A DNA stretch of 32,000 nucleotides from Acinetobacter wanghuae (GTDB lineage: Bacteria; Pseudomonadota; Gammaproteobacteria; Pseudomonadales; Moraxellaceae). Under the pieces are notes generated by a model, which was not told the origin of the DNA, did not search any database, and saw nothing but the letters and a program-made list of their open reading frames with translations. Of this stretch, positions 28,442 through 32,000 are shown piece by piece. Positions within the stretch are counted from its first letter, which is position 1; each line of letters opens with the position of its first letter. Made by a program: the position numbers and the translations under genes. The stretch covers positions 2,070,001-2,102,000 of the forward strand of contig NZ_CP045650.1 of the NCBI RefSeq assembly GCF_009557235.1, written 5' to 3'.

Positions 28442-28460
28442 ATTCAATATCTTAACAATT

Positions 28461-29030
28461 TTATGCTTTTGGCAAAGTGACGCCTGTTTGACCTTGGTAT
28501 TTACCACCACGGTCTTTATACGAGGTTTCACATACTTCATCTGATTCGAAGAACAGCATTTGTGCCACGCCTTCACCCGCGTAGATACGCGCAGGCAAGT
28601 TGGTTGTATTTGAGAACTCCAATGTCACATGACCTTCCCATTCAGGTTCAAGCGGTGTGACGTTCACAATAATACCGCAACGTGCATAAGTCGATTTACC
28701 CAAGCAAACCGTTAATACATTACGTGGAATGCGGAAGTATTCAACCGTACGTGCTAAAGCAAATGAGTTTGGTGGAATAATACACACATCAGATTCGATA
28801 TCGATAAAGCTTTTATCATCAAAGTTTTTCGGGTCAACAATCACCGAATGAACATTGGTAAACACTTTAAATTCGCGTGCGCAACGTACATCATAGCCAT
28901 AGCTTGATACGCCATAAGAAATGAGTTTTTCACCATTTTCATCGAGGCGAACTTGGTTTTCTGCATACGGTTCAATCATGCCGTGTTTTTCGCTCATTTC
29001 GCGAATCCAACGATCAGACTTAATAGCCAT
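28461..29030 (-). CDS. dcd: dCTP deaminase
   Basis: 189 aa. The sequence [21 protein letters not shown]...[33 protein letters not shown] fits the dUTPase-superfamily Dcd signature. Confidence 0.9.
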   Translation of the reverse strand: MAIKSDRWIREMSEKHGMIEPYAENQVRLDENGEKLISYGVSSYGYDVRCAREFKVFTNVHSVIVDPKNFDDKSFIDIESDVCIIPPNSFALARTVEYFRIPRNVLTVCLGKSTYARCGIIVNVTPLEPEWEGHVTLEFSNTTNLPARIYAGEGVAQMLFFESDEVCETSYKDRGGKYQGQTGVTLPKA

Positions 29031-29207
29031 TTAATTTCTATCCAAAAAGCTTAAATTCAAGATTAGATGTACTTTAACTGAAAACACGCTTAATGAAAAT
29101 AAGTCAGGTGAGCAGCGTCCTGATTTGCATTCAGATGGGTAGAGATATTAAAGATGAATCAATGCGATTTTGATGCGTTGTAAATTTAAAAATTAAAATA
29201 TAGCTCT

Positions 29208-29236
29208 ATAAAAATAAAGCCTGTCGAAACAGGCTT
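29208..29236 (-). terminator. Rho-independent terminator of apbC/mrp
   Basis: The minus strand reads AAGCCTGTTTCGACAGGCTT followed by TATTTTTAT. Confidence 0.7.
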
Positions 29237-29263
29237 GAAACGTACCAAAGCAAATTTACAGCA

Positions 29264-30553
29264 TTAGAAAATACGTGATTGGTCTTTTTCAACTTTTGGT
29301 AATTGCGCGGCAATTTTGGCTGCTATCGCTAAGTAACTTTCTGCTGCTGCATCACCTGCAATGACGGATGGTTTACCTAAATCGGCATTTTCACGTATAG
29401 ATGCATTTAACGGTAAACGTCCGAGTAATGGGATTTGATACTGTTCAGCAAGTTGATCACCACCGCCTGTACCAAAGATTTGCTCTTCATGACCGCAGTT
29501 TGAGCAGACATGAGTCGACATATTTTCAATCACGCCCATGACCGGAATTTGTACACGGTTAAAGAGTTCAATGCCTTTGGTCGCATCAAGCAGTGCCACG
29601 TTTTGTGGTGTGGTCACAATCACCGCACCGGTTACCGGAATGCGCTGCGCCAAAGTCAATTGAATATCGCCTGTGCCCGGTGGCATATCAATCATCAAAA
29701 CGTCAAGATCAGGCCACAAGGTTTGGTTAAACAATTGCATTAAAGCACCCGTCGCTTTTGGACCGCGCCAAGCCACAGGGGTATTGTTATCCCCTGTTAA
29801 ATGACCAATCGACAGTACCGCCATGCCATAGGCTTCAATAGGTACAAATTGTTCTGCTTCTATCATTGGCGTGCGACCAGCATTACCCAGCATAGTCGGA
29901 ATACTTGGACCATAAATATCAGCATCCAATACCCCTACTTTTAAACCCATTTGCTGCAAAGCCAGTGCAAGGTTCACAGTCGTCGTTGATTTACCCACTC
30001 CACCCTTACCAGATGACACCAAAATCACATTTTTAATGCGTGGATGTTTTGGTACATCACGTTGCTGTGGTGCAGGTTTTTGAATTGGGGGGTTATTTGC
30101 ATCGACTTCTGTCGTTTGTTCTGCTTTAGCTGCTGTTTTCGGCACGCTTGCTGAAGCATCCACCACAGGCGGTAAGTTATTTTTAGCAGATGTAGGTTCA
30201 GCTTTTTGGCTTGAACAGCTTTCGCCTTCGCTATGATTGTGTCCACAGCCGCCTTCTTTGCCGTGACCACCTGTTTTTTGTTGAATCACATGCATATTCA
30301 ATTCTTGAATACCGCATTTTTCTAAGGCATCGGCAAGTTCATCATGTATTTGTTGCAGTTGGTCTTTTTCGCTTGGCAGTGTATTGATGGTAATTTGCAG
30401 CACCGCACCTTGTACGTTCACCTGTGTAATTCGATTTTTTAAAGCATTACTCGAATTTGGCAAAACGTAGTTTTGTAGTACCTGCTGAACCGCTTCCTCG
30501 TTTACCTCTTGCGAAGGTTTAAAAACCGATTTAAGCGAAGAAAGCCACGACAT
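29264..30553 (-). CDS. apbC: Fe-S cluster carrier ATPase Mrp/ApbC with an extended linker
   Basis: 429 aa with an N-terminal DUF59-like domain, the P-loop SGKGGVGKSTT, the deviant Walker region, and a CSNCGH (CxxC) cluster-binding motif. An unusually long, low-complexity linker spans aa about 93-172. Confidence 0.9.
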   Translation of the reverse strand: MSWLSSLKSVFKPSQEVNEEAVQQVLQNYVLPNSSNALKNRITQVNVQGAVLQITINTLPSEKDQLQQIHDELADALEKCGIQELNMHVIQQKTGGHGKEGGCGHNHSEGESCSSQKAEPTSAKNNLPPVVDASASVPKTAAKAEQTTEVDANNPPIQKPAPQQRDVPKHPRIKNVILVSSGKGGVGKSTTTVNLALALQQMGLKVGVLDADIYGPSIPTMLGNAGRTPMIEAEQFVPIEAYGMAVLSIGHLTGDNNTPVAWRGPKATGALMQLFNQTLWPDLDVLMIDMPPGTGDIQLTLAQRIPVTGAVIVTTPQNVALLDATKGIELFNRVQIPVMGVIENMSTHVCSNCGHEEQIFGTGGGDQLAEQYQIPLLGRLPLNASIRENADLGKPSVIAGDAAAESYLAIAAKIAAQLPKVEKDQSRIF

Positions 30554-30653
30554 AGGTTACTCCAAAACTGTGAATAGTCATCTGAATGGCTTAGTTTAAC
30601 GAGGTTTTAACCGAAGGTTAAGTATTGCTTTTTCTTGCATGCCGATATTGCAT

Positions 30654-30686
30654 AAAAAAAACCAAGCAATTTGCTTGGTTTTTTTA
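30654..30686 (-). terminator. Rho-independent (bidirectional-looking) terminator after the LEA-like gene
   Basis: AAAAAAAACCAAGCAATTTGCTTGGTTTTTTT. Confidence 0.8.
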
Positions 30687-30698
30687 ATTTCACTGGCG

Positions 30699-31076
30699 TT
30701 AAGCCTGATCGTCTTTTTTAAATTTAGCCAACGTATCACTGGCTTTTTGTTTCAGCTCACCAAATTTGGTCGTCGCTTGTGCCTTCAGATCATCAAATTT
30801 ATCAAGTGCATCATGCTTCAGATCTTGTGCTTTCTCTTTCGCGACATCCAATTTAGCACTCGCTTCTTCCTTTAAGTGCGCCAAGTTTGATGCTGAATCA
30901 GAAGTTGTATCTTCGGTATTGTCTTTTAAAGCTTCAACTGTTTCTTTGGCATTTTCTTTAATAGTGTCGGCTTTTTCTTCAACCGCATGCTGTGCTTCTA
31001 ACGCTGTTTCACTCAGCTTATGACCTGTTTTTTGTGCCTGCTCTTTTATTTCATTTAAATGCTTATTGTTACTCAT
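30699..31076 (-). CDS. Small hydrophilic 11-mer-repeat protein (LEA group 3-like / hydrophilin-like)
   Basis: 125 aa with no Cys, Trp, Tyr, Pro or Arg, and very rich in K/E/D/A/T. It reads as tandem 11-mers: ADTIKENAKET, VEALKDNTEDT, KEEASAKLDVA, KEKAQDLKHDA, LDKFDDLKAQA, TTKFGELKQKA, SDTLAKFKKDD. A GGAG Shine-Dalgarno is present. Confidence 0.6.
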   Translation of the reverse strand: MSNNKHLNEIKEQAQKTGHKLSETALEAQHAVEEKADTIKENAKETVEALKDNTEDTTSDSASNLAHLKEEASAKLDVAKEKAQDLKHDALDKFDDLKAQATTKFGELKQKASDTLAKFKKDDQA

Positions 31077-31167
31077 GCAAAATACTCCGTCGCAAGTTCA
31101 CTTCATTTCCCTATTAGGTATAGCGCAATTCCGAGCCAATTCATGTGAAAACTGCATTTTGCAACAG

Positions 31168-31199
31168 AGATGCTACACAATGTTGCATGTATAGCATCT
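31168..31199 (-). other. Imperfect 12-bp inverted repeat, either a terminator of the upstream gene or an operator of the LEA-like gene
   Basis: AGATGCTACACA-ATGTTGCA-TGTATAGCATCT has one mismatch. It lies between the stop at 31229 and the start at 31076. Confidence 0.35.
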
Positions 31200-31228
31200 G
31201 CATTTGACCAAGAGATTTGTCGTTTTGC

Positions 31229-32000
31229 TTAGGCTTTGACGGTACTCATGAAACTGACCGCAGAGAACAACCAAATAAATAAGATAAAACTACGTGCTTG
31301 GTTAAAGTTTTCTACATCTGTGCCATGCAGCATATTATGACGCGTCATGGTCACATTCGAGCTTGAGTCCATTTTATAAGCCGCAAGTTCGGCAAAGTAC
31401 GGATTCAATTCAATCGCAATTTTTGACTTATGCCACAAGCTTTTAATCTCGTTTGCTTTTAAACCCGGCACAATTTTATAAACATCGACAAACTTGGTAC
31501 CGTTCTGTTTTAAGAAGCCTGTCTTGAGTAAAATATCAGTCAAGATGCCTTCAAGCTGTGCATAGACATTTGGAATACAACCCGTATAGAAGCCAAGTTT
31601 GTACATTTTCAAGCTTTCAAGCAGCACCAAACGGCGCTTGGCTTTGATCTCTTCATCAATTTCCAAGGCATCAAAAGCTTTGAGTATTTCGGTTTGAAAA
31701 TATTCACTGTTAATCATATCGAGCAAGTCAAATTGCTCAATAGCTTCAAATTGATGGATCATCGGCCAAAAATGCATGAGGTTTAATGCATCATTGGCAA
31801 ACTTAGCCCCAATCGGTTGATCAAGTTCATCGGCAAGCACTTGGAAGTAGGCATCTTGCGCTGATAAATCCATTAAAGTTTTGATGAGCAGCGTATGTTC
31901 GTCGGCCGAGATCTCTTCAAGATATTGTGCGGCATCTTTTAAAATTTGCTGACCCAATTGTTTTTGACTCGCGGCATTTTGTTTAATACGCGTGACAGGT
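31229..32000 (-). CDS. Hypothetical protein (5' end outside window)
   Basis: The track starts at a TTG at 31957, but the frame stays open to the window edge (...PVTRIKQNAASQKQ upstream), so the gene probably begins beyond nt 32000. I recognise no family. Confidence 0.5.
   Translation of the reverse strand, partial: PVTRIKQNAASQKQLGQQILKDAAQYLEEISADEHTLLIKTLMDLSAQDAYFQVLADELDQPIGAKFANDALNLMHFWPMIHQFEAIEQFDLLDMINSEYFQTEILKAFDALEIDEEIKAKRRLVLLESLKMYKLGFYTGCIPNVYAQLEGILTDILLKTGFLKQNGTKFVDVYKIVPGLKANEIKSLWHKSKIAIELNPYFAELAAYKMDSSSNVTMTRHNMLHGTDVENFNQARSFILFIWLFSAVSFMSTVKA

Noticed and set aside
30639-31023. Plus-strand ORFs 30639..30875 and 30766..31023
   Set aside because: They are antisense to the LEA-like gene, one of them spans its terminator, and they have no Shine-Dalgarno. 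Their low-complexity Ser/Ala/Phe composition mirrors the repeat gene on the other strand.

Overview
The gene content, synteny and AT-rich composition suggest a chromosomal segment from an Acinetobacter-like gammaproteobacterium; this is an inference I cannot verify here. Most of the window is ordinary housekeeping. The left edge carries a partial DUF218 gene and a DUF2750 gene. Next is an eight-gene tRNA array (4x tRNA-Val-UAC, 4x tRNA-Asp-GUC) driven by a near-consensus sigma70 promoter. It is followed by a ybaN-like/L,D-transpeptidase pair, a DUF1853 gene, an entericidin-type lipoprotein ORF too small for the ORF track, and dapE. The complete twitching-motility chemosensory operon follows: pilG-pilH-pilI-pilJ-chpA plus a small CheW-like gene. 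After it come a DUF4124 gene, an RND efflux pair (adaptor and permease, no outer-membrane factor), proS, dcd, apbC/mrp, a small LEA-like repeat protein, and a partial hypothetical gene at the right edge. I found no CRISPR array, rRNA, transposase, integrase or phage genes. The most interesting region is about 21.7-28.4 kb. It is a terminator-insulated, AT-rich, tightly coupled four-gene minus-strand operon encoding proteins of 661, 246, 782 and 441 aa. All four have signal peptides, share a conserved motif directly after the predicted cleavage site, and have cysteines only in short-range pairs. No chaperone, usher, secretin, ATPase or sortase gene accompanies them. I recall that some Acinetobacter annotations label proteins of these sizes as Fil putative pilus proteins, but I cannot confirm that from sequence, and I know of no established assembly mechanism. 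This is my best candidate for an uncharacterised surface-structure system.
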